A stretch of DNA of 64,000 nt from Raillietiella orientalis (taxonomy: Eukaryota). The position numbers were made by a program, and so were the translations under genes. The stretch is from positions 9,424,001-9,488,000 of the forward strand of contig JAYWIR010000001.1 of NCBI GenBank assembly GCA_036172245.1. Reading direction: 5' to 3'. Shown here in pieces: positions 37,101 through 48,479 of this stretch (position 1 is its first letter; each line of letters starts with the position of its first letter). The notes beneath the pieces are model-generated. The model had not been told where the DNA came from and searched no databases. It saw only the letters and a program-made list of their open reading frames with translations.

Positions 37101-39559
37101 AGTGGGAGACAAACCGGGAAGCACGGGGGGGCTGGAGAGAGGCGTCACGCTGAGCGCGGGACTTCGAGGAAGGCCGCCTGCGTGTAGCGGAAGTTTCCCG
37201 TCCGTGAGATTTCGGCTGCGTCCGTTCGGAAGGGGTGCTTCCCCGAGGACATCCGAACATCCGGGTTTCCGGAATCCGACCCACAGACCGGACAGCCGCC
37301 GTTCTTCGAGCGTCCTAGGACGGTGGGCAGCAGCGCGCTCACCGGAAAAACGTCTCCTTTTCGGCGGACCGAGCTCTCTTGGGCGCCAAGCCTGACCGCA
37401 TGCTTCCACTTTCCCCGTAGGACAGGGCCTACCACTACGAATAGCACCGCCGGTGGCGAGGACGGGAACCTTCCGCGTTCCCCACCGATAGTCCGCCTGC
37501 TGCTGCAGAGAGCTCGTCCGGGATGCCGGCGCCTGGGGTGTCACCGATGCCACTTCTGAGCGGTTCCCCCCTCCGGACCCCCAGGACGCGCCTGCGACTC
37601 CAGGGATGCTTCTGCAGCTGCTAGGGGGGTAGGGGGAGGGGAACGTTTGTACAGACCCTGGCTCGCCCGACTGCCGACTGCCCCACGTCCATTGTTCCCT
37701 GGATCAGGAGATCAGGTAGGGAGTGTCTTCTCTCACGAAGGAACAGGAAGAGGGAAGGGGGCCGAGAGGCAAAGAGGGCAGTGTCCAGAACCTCTGGACA
37801 CGGCCTTCTGTCGTTTACGCACCGTCCCCGACGACTTGCTCCTTGCGGTTGCCAGCAGCAGTCACTCGCCTTCCGGAGCGCCTGACCACCCTTCTTGCCT
37901 CTTGCATGCCCCCTTCCCCACAATGCCACTCTCCCCTTCCGTGGTAGCGCCGGGGACCGACTCTTCATCCTCTCTGCTTCCGTTCTTCCTTGGTTTCCTC
38001 ACTCGTTTCGGGATGTCAGGCGGGGAGTTAAGCGCGGAGGCTGCATAGAAGTTGGTTATCGGCGTCTTCCGACAGTCGCAGCTGTCGGACTTGGGCGCTG
38101 CCGATGCCTTCGCGTCCCGGTTTTCCCCAAAGATGGAAATGAAGAGCAGAGAGTTTGCCCGAGCGCATCCGGTCTTCAAACAGACATCGGAAGGACCGAG
38201 AGCCCTTTTCATACCCGCGGTTGATCCCGACGCACCGATCCAGGGAGGAGAGCGAGTGAGAGACTCACCCTTCGACTCCAGCACCTCGGCTCGCTTTCAT
38301 CGTTCTGCCCATCCGTTCGCACCGCTTCGCTTTCCACCGCTTCTTCGCCGTGTTCTCGAGAAGAGGCAGTGACGCGAAACGCCACCCTCCGGTGGCGGTG
38401 GAACTTCTCACCTGCGAAGCTTCAAAAAAGAAAAAAAGCAGACTGCTAAAGTTCGCGGAGACCCAAAACACTCGAGGAATGGTCCATGGAAATCAAGAAC
38501 CTCCTACGCTGGTGCTGCAAACGAAAACTGTCGGGGCAACTGAAAGCAAGGATTTGCCCTTTTACTGGGAACCACACTCTTTGAGCGGATCTTCGCCGCA
38601 TGCGCGAGAAAAGTTTGCTGCAAACTCTTCGTTTCGGATGAGCAGGCGCCATTTTCCTTCCCCCTTCAATGGAAGGGAAAATGGCGTCGCCTCCGCCTTC
38701 ACGGTTGCCAACAATGAAACGCGCAATGAAACAACCGATGCGTTCCTCGCGCCTGCTTGGAAAACTGTCCCGCCGACGGGAACACGCTCTAAGAACTTCA
38801 TTTCCGAAGCCCAGCTGCGTAGAATTCCAAACCATTCCGACAATCCAGAAAACCAATTCTCCTCCTTCGTTTGTCTTACAAGAAAACAATTCGCCATCAT
38901 CAGCTGATTGATGCTGCTTTGAAAAGAAAAAAAAAAAAAAAGCCTCATATCGCAGCGCTCCAACATCTCCCAGAGGAGGCGGAATTCCGACGAAACAGTG
39001 ATATCATCGTTTTGTCCGCTGTTTTTCCGTTTTGCAAACTTCCACCAGGAGAGCAAAATTCGAAAAGCAGAAGAGATGCGCCTCTGACTGTATGAGGAAC
39101 AGGAGCAGCTCGCGGTTCCATCGCTTCGCCGCCGAGCAGAGCTTTGTGAAATCGAAAGATTTCCCCCGTTCGATTTCTTTCTTTCTTTTTTCCCGGATGC
39201 CTGTTTGCTCTGTGAGCTTGGCGGAGACGCAAGTGCGAAGAATGCAAACAGCTTGTTAGTCACGATTTTGCAGCACGCAAGGAAATGAGGAAGGAGACCT
39301 TCGTCACCGGGACAAAGGCTGCTTCTTTCCAGAACAATGGCGCCTCAGCGCTCCCGTGAGTGGGAGCGGATGAGCAGCTGAACCACGTCGCCATGTGCAC
39401 GACGTCCTTCCGCCCTGCAGCGTTACCAGCGGGTCTTGGCGGAGAGATCCGGGCTTCCAGCTCCCGACTCGCTCGACTCCGGATTTACGACTTCCCTGCC
39501 GCGTCGGTTGCCTCCGGGATTTCAAGGTTGCGCGCGTTTTCCCGAGCACTCTCGGATTC

Positions 39560-39810
39560 TTCTCCGTCCGATCGAGCGAAGGAGGAAAGAAGAGATCCTG
39601 GGCGCGTGCTGAGATGGGAAGCTGGGCCGAAGCGGCGTCGCCACGACTTCTCGCCTGTCCTTTCCGCGCGAGCGCGGGATCTGCCGCCGGCTTTCCGAGG
39701 TTTCGCTCGGTCGGTGCGTTTGTGGTTCACGGTAGCGTGCGCCCCCGACTCGGAGCACAACAACGGCAGCTCCACGCTCGACCGCATTCTGCTCGAGGTG
39801 GAAACTTCCT
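39560..39810 (+). mobile_element. hAT dimerisation-domain remnant, GC-shifted
   Basis: DPGRVLRWE..SPVLSARARDL then, in another frame, SAAGFPRFRSVGAFVVHGSVRPRLGAQQRQL, resembling S.A.ER.FS..G.VHSKLRNRLG....KL. Confidence 0.45.
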
Positions 39811-42559
39811 GGCGAGCAGAGTGAGGCAGCAGGGAGCGGCGGATCTTGTACTCCTTTCTCATCGGTATCGGAAAGAACGGTCCACTCCATTTGTGAGGCG
39901 CAGGGTCCTGGCGTCGCGAAGCGCTTCAACTCGCCTCCGATATGTGAGCCCACCCCCGGTCACGCCGGGACGTTTATCGAAAGACAATAAACTTACAACT
40001 ATCATGGTAGGGCACGTTGTCCCACCATGCCCCATTTAACAAAGGACCTGCCGGGTTTCAGGAACGCAGACCGGCGAGCTTCACCTCGGTGGCGGAGGGG
40101 AGAGGAGAAAACAAAAATAAAAATAAACGGAAACACTGTGGAGGGCCGGGAAGGGATCACCGTCCTCTGGAGTCAGTCCCTTGCATCCTTTCCAGGATGT
40201 AGGCTAGGTCCGTCTGGATAGCATGCAGGTGAAGCCATCCTGCTGTTATCCGCAGAAAATGGAAGTGCACATTCGATGGCGTTGTCCCTTTCGTTCGGTC
40301 CTCCTTCAGCGTCGCTCCAGGCCATACAATCCCGCGGATGCAGCAAAAAGCTGCTGATGCTGCAGCAGGCCTTAGGACATCCCGCGTAAAGAGGAGCTTT
40401 ACGACGTCTTTGGGGTTGCTGTCGGGGTCCGTAGGTCGTCTCAAACTGTGTTGCCCTCCGTTCCTTATGGGAACTCCCATAGAGAACGGAGGGCAACACA
40501 GTCCACAAGCAGGCGCGGGAGGGATTCCCGTTCCTGCACCCGGGATAGTTTGGGATCGTGCTCCCCAGTGTCCAGTGACATCGGCGAGAGTTGCACAGAA
40601 GACCCCAGAGAGACAGCAGAAGTGCCGACTCCTGCCACTTCAGGGGTAGGGTGCTGCTGTTCTTGAGCACTGGAAACCACTTCAGGTCTTCGCCCAGCGG
40701 CTCTTCCCAGCGTTGTAGTCCTCGTGGAAGGGCATTTGGAATAGCAGCGTCGGTCAGCCTCCCCGTAATCCAACCACTCATTTTCTCCCTTCTGCCTGTG
40801 ATCTCTCAGGAGACTTCCCTCCTCGCCGCTTGGCTGCTGTCATCAGCCTCCCTCAGGGATGGCGGCGCTGCAGCAAGGTGGGTCAGCTCCATCCACGTAC
40901 TCACTCTGGGACTTTTTAGGAACTTCCGCGGCGGGCAGAGGGCGCAGAGGCCAAGTCGCAGGCAGTTCCACCTCTCATTTTGCGTCTCGTTCAGCTTCGC
41001 CTACGTGACAGCTGCTTCTTGTAGCCAGGTGCTAGAGTTTGCGGGGCAGCAGTACATCCAGCCGTTTTCCTTCGCCATGCTGTCCTTCCGTCCGAGATGT
41101 GGTACCTTCAAAGGGTACCTCACGCAGAAGAAATCTCAGCCATCTCCTTCCTTGTCTTTTCTTCAAGAACTCTTCGTGGGTACCCTTTTCGGGTATCCAC
41201 GGAGAGTTCCCTACGAAAAGGAGGAAGAAGCCAAGGACCTGGAGGGGAGCACGTTTCCGTGGCAGCTTCTACGTTGAATGGAGACGCCCGGTTTACGTGG
41301 GGGAGGAGGCGGGTGGTGGTAGCCATACCATCGAAATTTGAAGATGACGGCACGCGCAGCGTGCAGCGCGGACTCCCCAAAAGAAGATGCAATCACCTGG
41401 GACGCCATTTCGTTATCAGCTCCCTGAGGAGAGCATGGGGTTGGCTTCACCTGGCGCACCCACACAAGGTCGAACACCCTCGGGAGGATGCAGGGAATGC
41501 ACGCAAACAGCCTGTGGCCCCTCCACTGACTGTCCCCCCTCTACCACGAAGTCATTTTATATACATTCATTTATTTATTTCTGCCCCCCGCATGGTTTCC
41601 TCGGCGGTTACTCCTGGTTACCTGGCCAGGAAATGTCGCTCGACTTTTGGAAGAGGGGATGGGGGTCTACTGGGCATGGAAAATCAGGGTGCAACCTAAG
41701 CCACGGTGTCGGCGAGCAGGAAGGCTGTTGTCTCGGCTGCCTCGAGAGCACCACGCCGCAGACCCAGCTCTTTAGCAGGCGAGAAATCTGGGGAAGAGGG
41801 AAGAGGACAACGTCCGGACCGTCTGCCTCGAAGAGGTCCAGGCTGCAGGTGATCAAAAATAGGGCGTCGAAAACAAGCATCATCATTCAGTTGTCTTCCG
41901 AGCAGTGCCTCCAGCACGGACGCACTCTTATCTGCATGCGCGGGGCACCTCGACCGAGAGAAGAAGGCAGGTGGACGTCGAGGGAGATGGTGGGTGGGAG
42001 TCAAGCAGGTCGCCCATGTAAGGACACAGTAGGAAGCTCCTTTTGTCCTCGACTTCAAGTCCAATCTTTCGACTAGCCCGGAGGAAAAGTCGACTCCAGG
42101 ACCATAGGACAGCTCGCAGAATAGGGAGTGCCCTACGTCTTCCTAGGACGGCTGGCAGGTCTTCCCAGTCTCTCGATCCACAAACAGTTGATGGAAGCGG
42201 AACTCTCGAGCATGCCCTTGAGTGAACTGGACGACAGGACGAAACGGACGGCTCAGTGCTCGTGAAAGACGACGACGTCCCCATCTGCCTCTGTTGTGAA
42301 CGGGCCGACCGCAAAGCAGGGAGCACGGCGTACGCTACGAATGTACTGGACAGGAAAGACAACGAAAGAACGGCTCTGTGCTGTGACCAGCAAGTGTTTG
42401 CTGGGGCAGGTCGAAGGATGCGAAATAGCAGGCCGGAGATGAATCCGTTAGGTGCACACGAAGAGCAAGCAGAATTCCGGGTAAATAAGAGGATCGGAGG
42501 AAGCTTTCTTCTGATGTCAACACGCAAGGGGAGAGGGGTGGATGTGAAGGAAACAACTG

Positions 42560-42998
42560 CCGTAAAATCTCGTGTATAACACGCACGACTCTTCCTCAAT
42601 TTAGCTCGCCAGAATCGGAGTGCGTATTGTACACGGGTGCAAAAATACCCTCATTTCCCATGTGCACGAGGTGCTGTACACGTGATTGGGACCATCTGTT
42701 CTGCGCGCAAGAGCGTCGCTCGCGACCGATTCAGATTTTTTCTATTTTACCTTCTACAACGTTGAAAATTTGATAGAATGAGATTACACGCGTTGCAAAT
42801 GGATGCGCCATTGGAGAATACACTAAAAAAGAAAAAAACGCATTTTTTGTTAAGAGTAAAGATTTTTGCTTTTACAGATTTTCTAATGATATTTAAGTTT
42901 TTATTTGTATTATTCATTAGAAGTCTTGTTAGTGTTTTATGCAATTTAAAATGAAATTTTGAAAATCATGGGTGCATATTATACGCGAGATTTTACGG
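42560..42998. mobile_element. MITE with 27-bp terminal inverted repeats (pogo/Tc2-like CCGTA ends)
   Basis: CCGTAAAATCTCGTGTATAACACGCAC (42560-42586) against the reverse complement of 42972-42998, CCGTAAAATCTCGCGTATAATATGCAC (3 mismatches). Non-coding AT-rich interior; TG on both flanks. Confidence 0.85.
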
Positions 42999-43299
42999 TG
43001 AGAGGAATAGGGATAGGCCTGCTAGACCTCTAATCACGGAGAACGGTCGAAATGGAAGCGTGTGCAAGTTTCTGTGGGTTCTTAATGGATTGGTGCAGCT
43101 GCTATCACTGTGGAGTCGTAGATGTTTCATTCTGGAGAAAGCTCTGCTGGTCGAGTGGGAAAGAAAGCGGCTGAGTGGTGAGTCTGAGAGGAACTTCCCT
43201 TCTGACAATGAGGCGATGTGACTGCCGATGAGTGACCCTGTGGAAAGAGGTTGATGATAACCACAGCGGATCAAAGTGCCTCCAGGATAGGATGTGGCC

Positions 43300-44345
43300 T
43301 AGAAATGAGGTGCGCCCGTGAACCGCAGACAAAGTGGGGTTTGCGCGACCCGCTGGGCACAAATGATGGCAGTTGAAAGAGTTGAAAGGATGGTCAACAG
43401 CATGTCCGAAGCAGAATGCCACTCTGATGGTCAGACTCGCATTGGAAAGCATAAACGTGGTCTGAAGAGAGGCGAGCCATTCGGTCAGTGTTCTACCGCG
43501 GCTGCTGCTGGTTTGCGAAGCACAAGAGGAACGATGTAACGTCAACTGAGTGGCCATCCAAAAGGAGTGATAGAACGGCAAAGGCCACCAGGACACTACT
43601 GACCTGACTCTGGTAAAACTTGCTTTGCGGAACATCACAAAGGTGGTCGAGAAGGGAGCATTCTGTTCGTTCTGTGCTTGGGAGTGGAATCCAATCCAAC
43701 CCATTCGACCAGAGAGTTCCTCACGGCACGTACACGGTCTGCTGTGTTTGGAAGAACCGGTACAACATACAACCGGCCATAGCACCTCAGTACACTCCCA
43801 CCTTGCTGTTACGCTTCAGCCTCGTTGTGAGGGAATTGTGCGAAGGTCCGCAATACGGAATAGCGGAAAGCCTTTCAGGGACTTGATGCTGGAATGAGAA
43901 AGTCCGCAGCACGACTGCAGAAACAGCAGCTGAAGTACGAAAGGATTGGAAAGCTGGAAAGGCTTTAATTAAGAAGAATTATAATATGTATTGATGATTG
44001 TTTCATAAAAATTGTGGGGTATAGTGGTGTCATATTTAGTATGTTGTGATTTTGGTTGAATGTAAAATTGGTGGGAATAATAGTGGAAATAGGAAAGGGT
44101 GAATAAGGAAGGTTTTGATGTTGATTAGATGATTTTTAAATTTGTTGTTAGAATAGGTAAAATTAGTTTAATAGAATATTTTGTTTAGTAAAGAGCATTT
44201 AAAATTTATATGGTTCTTATGAGTTGGTTGAGTTTGATTTTTATTTTGAGTAGTTGGGTTTTCTTAGTAGGAAGTGATTGGGAAGCTGAAATGTTTTTAG
44301 GAGCAGCCGGTCACTGTGACGCTATTCTGGACTCGCTGCGAAAGA
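43300..44345 (+). mobile_element. Probable N-terminal (zinc-finger/pre-RT) remnant of a NeSL/Utopia-like element, containing the C-depleted tract
   Basis: Decayed Cys/His segments (FCSFC; HGLLCL..TSVHSHL); KSI*NLY at ~44190-44212; GHCDAILDSLRKIF at ~44309-44350. Confidence 0.4.
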
Positions 44346-44349
44346 TATT

Positions 44350-45000
44350 CATCTCTCTCTCTTTTTTTTTGATCCTTCAAGTGCTGAAGAGCCGCTCGCC
44401 TCCTTACAGAGGGCTCACGAGGCTCTTTGACGGTGTCCACGCCACCCGAGGGTGCGTATAACTAACTCTTCATGCTATGAGAGCAAGCTCGTAGGGACCC
44501 TATGAATCCAGGAAGGCTCCGAAAAAGGAGTCCGTTCCTCTTGAGCTTGGAAGGGAACCACCTCTCTCCGGAGGGAATCCCCCCCCCCAAGGGATCTTCT
44601 ACTCGTTTCTTCTCAGAAAGGGACCCGCAAGGGAACCAACAGCTCCTGGATTCCTCTTCTGAAGAGAACCCCTAAGGGAGCAGCGCGCTTCTTAACACTC
44701 TGGAGAGACAACCTCCCCAGCTATAGCCATAGACCGGCTCACTTTTCACGAAGGGAGGGGAACAACCCCGAAGGGTTCCTTGGTGTGCTGGAAGGACCCC
44801 GGAGGGTCACCTTCCAATCGCGGCCAGTCATCCCGGAACCAGGGACAACCAGCGTGACCCTGTGAGGAAGGAAGAGGGGACTCGAAACCAGCGACGCACC
44901 CCCGTTCTCGGCGTCGACCCTTCCCTGGGCGGTATTCGAGCCCGTGACGCTTGGTAGCACCTGCAGAGACCGCAGCCACACAGCCGCTGATGTGGGCTTC
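44350..45000 (-). mobile_element. tRNA-head SINE copy
   Basis: B-box-like GGGCTCGAATACC on the minus strand (~44931-44943), body shared with other copies (CACGCCACCCGAGG, ATGAATCCA, ACCCGCAAGGGAACC, ACTCGAAAC..CGACGCACCCC), T-run tail at ~44352-44370. Confidence 0.7.
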
Positions 45001-47872
45001 TTCAGGCTCGCTGCTGCATGCTCGCCGGTAGCTTGCCGACAGGCCTGGTTCAAAATTCCGAACTCCATAATCCCGAATGTTGGAATCCCGAAAACAGCAT
45101 CCATCATCATTGGGGTGCTGGAGCTGATGCGGAAATGAAACGCAGGGCATAGCAAATTGTAAAAAACAATGCTGACCATTTCAAATGATGTGGGAAGGGA
45201 AAGACTAAAAAAAAGCGAAAATTAATAGAAAAGAAAATTCGACACATCCAGGGGAAAGATTGTGGGCAATCTCTAGGAAGGGTGGTCCACCAAGACCTGG
45301 CCGAGCTTTCCAGACGGCTTGTCCTTTGACGAAAATACAGTTCCCTTCCAGGCTTCAAAGCGGTTTGTGCCTGCTTTGCCGAAAAATAGGAATTTGCAAA
45401 GAAAGCCGACCACAGCTGAATTCAATCCAGGCGGGAGGTTTTAGCAAAATATCAAGCTCGGTCTTCCGAAATGAATCCCTCCTGGATAATGGAACCAAGG
45501 ATATGCAAGCATATGACCGACCTCCCCCTTAGAGTTCTCACTACCACCAAACCACGCAGGTCCTCTTCGCCATCTCCCCATTATTCATTATCTGGAGCAC
45601 CTATTTCTACTTTATAAACAGTGACCTAAGATCTTATGATACCTACACGTTAAACCTAGGATTTTCATGAAACCAAGAGTCATCAACGTTACATGGACTC
45701 TTACGTTGAACCACGACCGCTTAATTAGCTAGATTTTCTAGCGATTGCCAATCGAAGTTTCCCTTTAGAATCACAATTAAATTACCACTGACTTTTTAAA
45801 GTTTTTGCATTCTTCATTACACGCATACTAAGAATGTGCTTAAAATTTGTTTTATAAGCCAAAGCATAATGAAACCCAAAATGTAACGCATGTGTATTCC
45901 TGTCATATTAGAAAATGAGTTGGTTCGGGAATTTTTGGAGCATTTCTCTGTCCTTTGATGTAAACGGAATGCTCGCACTGAACTTTCTTGATTTTTATGC
46001 AAACTGCAAAATCTTTCGATATGGCGATCAGGAAAAATATTTTTAAGAACGAAATCCACAACTCTCACCCCCCTCATATCCGCACTTAAGTTCTTAAACT
46101 AAAGTTTCTATGAAAATGAAGGTTTCAATTTTATCGTCTCATCTGTCATGCCCTCCCCATACTGTAGATTATAATTGTTTATTGATAATCTAAACATTTA
46201 GGGTGTTATACCATCCAAAGCATACTTTCTAGGAGCTTCCAGGTCATTATTGCCATTATTATACCACATATTCAGGTATCAGATAAAACGTTCGGTCAAT
46301 TCATAATTAACTACGGATCCAAATCTCAAAGGAAAACGTTTTCTAGCTTTTTTGGAACGAAATCAAAACGAATTTCTTACGAGTAACAGCCTGGAACTTG
46401 AAGGAAAAAAACCGTGGAGCTTTCTAGAAAGCAACGCCTTAGCCTAGGCTGCCGCCGCCATCCTTGCTGATTGACGGAGATTTTTTTTTCCTTAGCGCCA
46501 CCTAAAAATTCGGCCGATATTTCGTTTAAGCTGAAAACACTCATTCTGGAGCTTGCATTTTGCAGTCGCCAGCTTCAGAATCGAGCTAATGATCGCGAAA
46601 GTCGGCCAGGTCTTCTGGACCACCTCCTGACAATTGCCCATAATCTTTCCCTTTGATGCACTTTTTTCTTGTGTCGAATTTTCTTTTTTGTTTTTCTTAA
46701 TCTTTGCTTCCTCCTCTCCCCCCCCATCTCTTCCCTCCCCCCCTTCCGCACCATTTGAAGTGGTCATATGTTTTTGTTTTTATTTTCCCCCTTAATTCTC
46801 TACGCCCTGGGTTTGCTTTTCGCTCCAACACTCAAGAAACGGAACTTCCTCAATCAATGATGAATTACTGCCTGCTCGTGCCCTTCCGGTCTGGAATCGC
46901 GTGGCCAAGAGCCCGCGCTTACGAGGACGACACCGCCGAACAACCCACGCGGCGCTCCTTCCTCCGAGATGCACTTCATCAGGCCGCAGCCTCCATGTTC
47001 CACGTCTGCGGCGGCGTGGGAGCGCAGAATCCCAACAGGGAAGGAGGAAGGACACCGGCCGCACTGTGAGAGGATTAGGATTCAGGAGGAGCGGAGCGTG
47101 GGAGTCTGGTCCACCCCCACTGTTTGCAGACTTTTTCATCTATCCACTGTCCTCTTTCCCTTGTCACTCTCGACCTCTTCCCCGGAATCCCGTCCTTGGG
47201 GTCGCAGTGGGAACCCGGTTCCTGCTCTGTAGGTCGATTTTTCTATGTCCCGGAGTGACTCGTCCCGGATTTCCAGGTCATCTGTTTAGACATGAAAACC
47301 TCGAAACCCTGCAACAAAGGGAAGGGACCGACCAGAGGCCAAAGGGAGCGATTCTTGCTGGGAGAGAAACGAAGAGGGGAGCGTGGAAAACGGGGTGCGC
47401 CGTCCTCACCGTGGTGAACGCGACCCTGAGGGTCTGCGCTGGGCAATGGAGGAAATGGGGAGGAGGTGCGTCCGTCGGTTTCCGACTGGCACGGTGGGCA
47501 GCCTGCGGCTCCCTGAGGCGATGGCCACTCCCTCCCCCCATTTCGGCGACCTCCCCACGGTTGAGGATCGCCGAGGAGGGGGCGGCTGGCGAGCCCAGAG
47601 GGGCGAAGGCTCGTGTTAGCGGGAGGGGCGGCATCGGGGAAGCGAAGTGGCATCCCACCCTCGCCGTCGGGTTCCGGCGGCACGGGGGGAGAGGCCTTCT
47701 GGCGTCCCGGCAGCAGAACGCGGAAGAGACGAGAGATGCGTGGTGAGAGAACGGCGTAAGGGCCGTGGCGCGGTTCCTCAGTCCGGGGGAGGCTGCGCTG
47801 CGGCGCGAGCCGGGCAGCAGCGTGCCGCCGGAGAGCCGTGACGGCGCGGGAGCCCGGAAATGCGGTGTCGGG

Positions 47873-48452
47873 CGAGATCCCGGACGCCCAAGTCCCGAAA
47901 GATCACAAAAAGTACACATACCTGCTGCTTATCCTACATAGATTTATGTGCAAATCTATTTTAATATGCATAATTACTCGTATTTATTGACATATATACG
48001 ATTAACAGTCATGTTATTTGAACGTGTGCATTCATGAACGTACACTTTATTAATATAATTAATACTTTGTTGATATATATATTAAAGATTATTAAAAATA
48101 AATATATGTGCTTATTACATATATTGATATATGTATTTATACATAAATTAATATATATTATGAAGATTATAAACAATTGATAGGTATTTATGCATATATT
48201 CATGTGAACATTAACATGTAGACCGTAAAGATTATAGAAAAATAAATGTGTATTCATGCATATATGTATGGAAAAAGTAATATATGGATTAATGTTAATC
48301 ATGAAGATTATTATAAATAAAGATATATGCCTATTATATATATCAGTGTATATAGAAAATATAAAAATATGATAATATAAAAAGTAATGATATTAAAATA
48401 TAAAATATCTTCACTTTTTATGATATTTGGGATTTCGGTGTTCGAGATTTCG
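47873..48452. mobile_element. MITE with ~40-bp imperfect TIRs and an extremely AT-rich, loosely repetitive interior
   Basis: CGAGATCCCGGACGCCCAAGTCCCGAAAGATCACAAAAAG (47873-47912) against the reverse complement of 48414-48452, CGAAATCTCGAACACCGAAATCCCAAATATCATAAAAAG. Recurrent AAGATTAT..AAATAAA units inside. A fragment of the same family sits at ~22390-22466. Confidence 0.7.
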
Positions 48453-48479
48453 AAACGAATCCCCGGGAATGGACCTCGG

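Noticed and set aside
43964-44285. Mitochondrial insertion as the cause of the G/T skew
   Set aside because: No recognisable mitochondrial protein or RNA motif in the frames tried, and the tract seems continuous with flanking retroelement sequence. Not fully excluded without a search.
47940-48420. CRISPR-like or regular spacer array in the AT-rich repeat
   Set aside because: Units are degenerate and variable in length, with no conserved repeat and unique spacer alternation; this is MITE interior.
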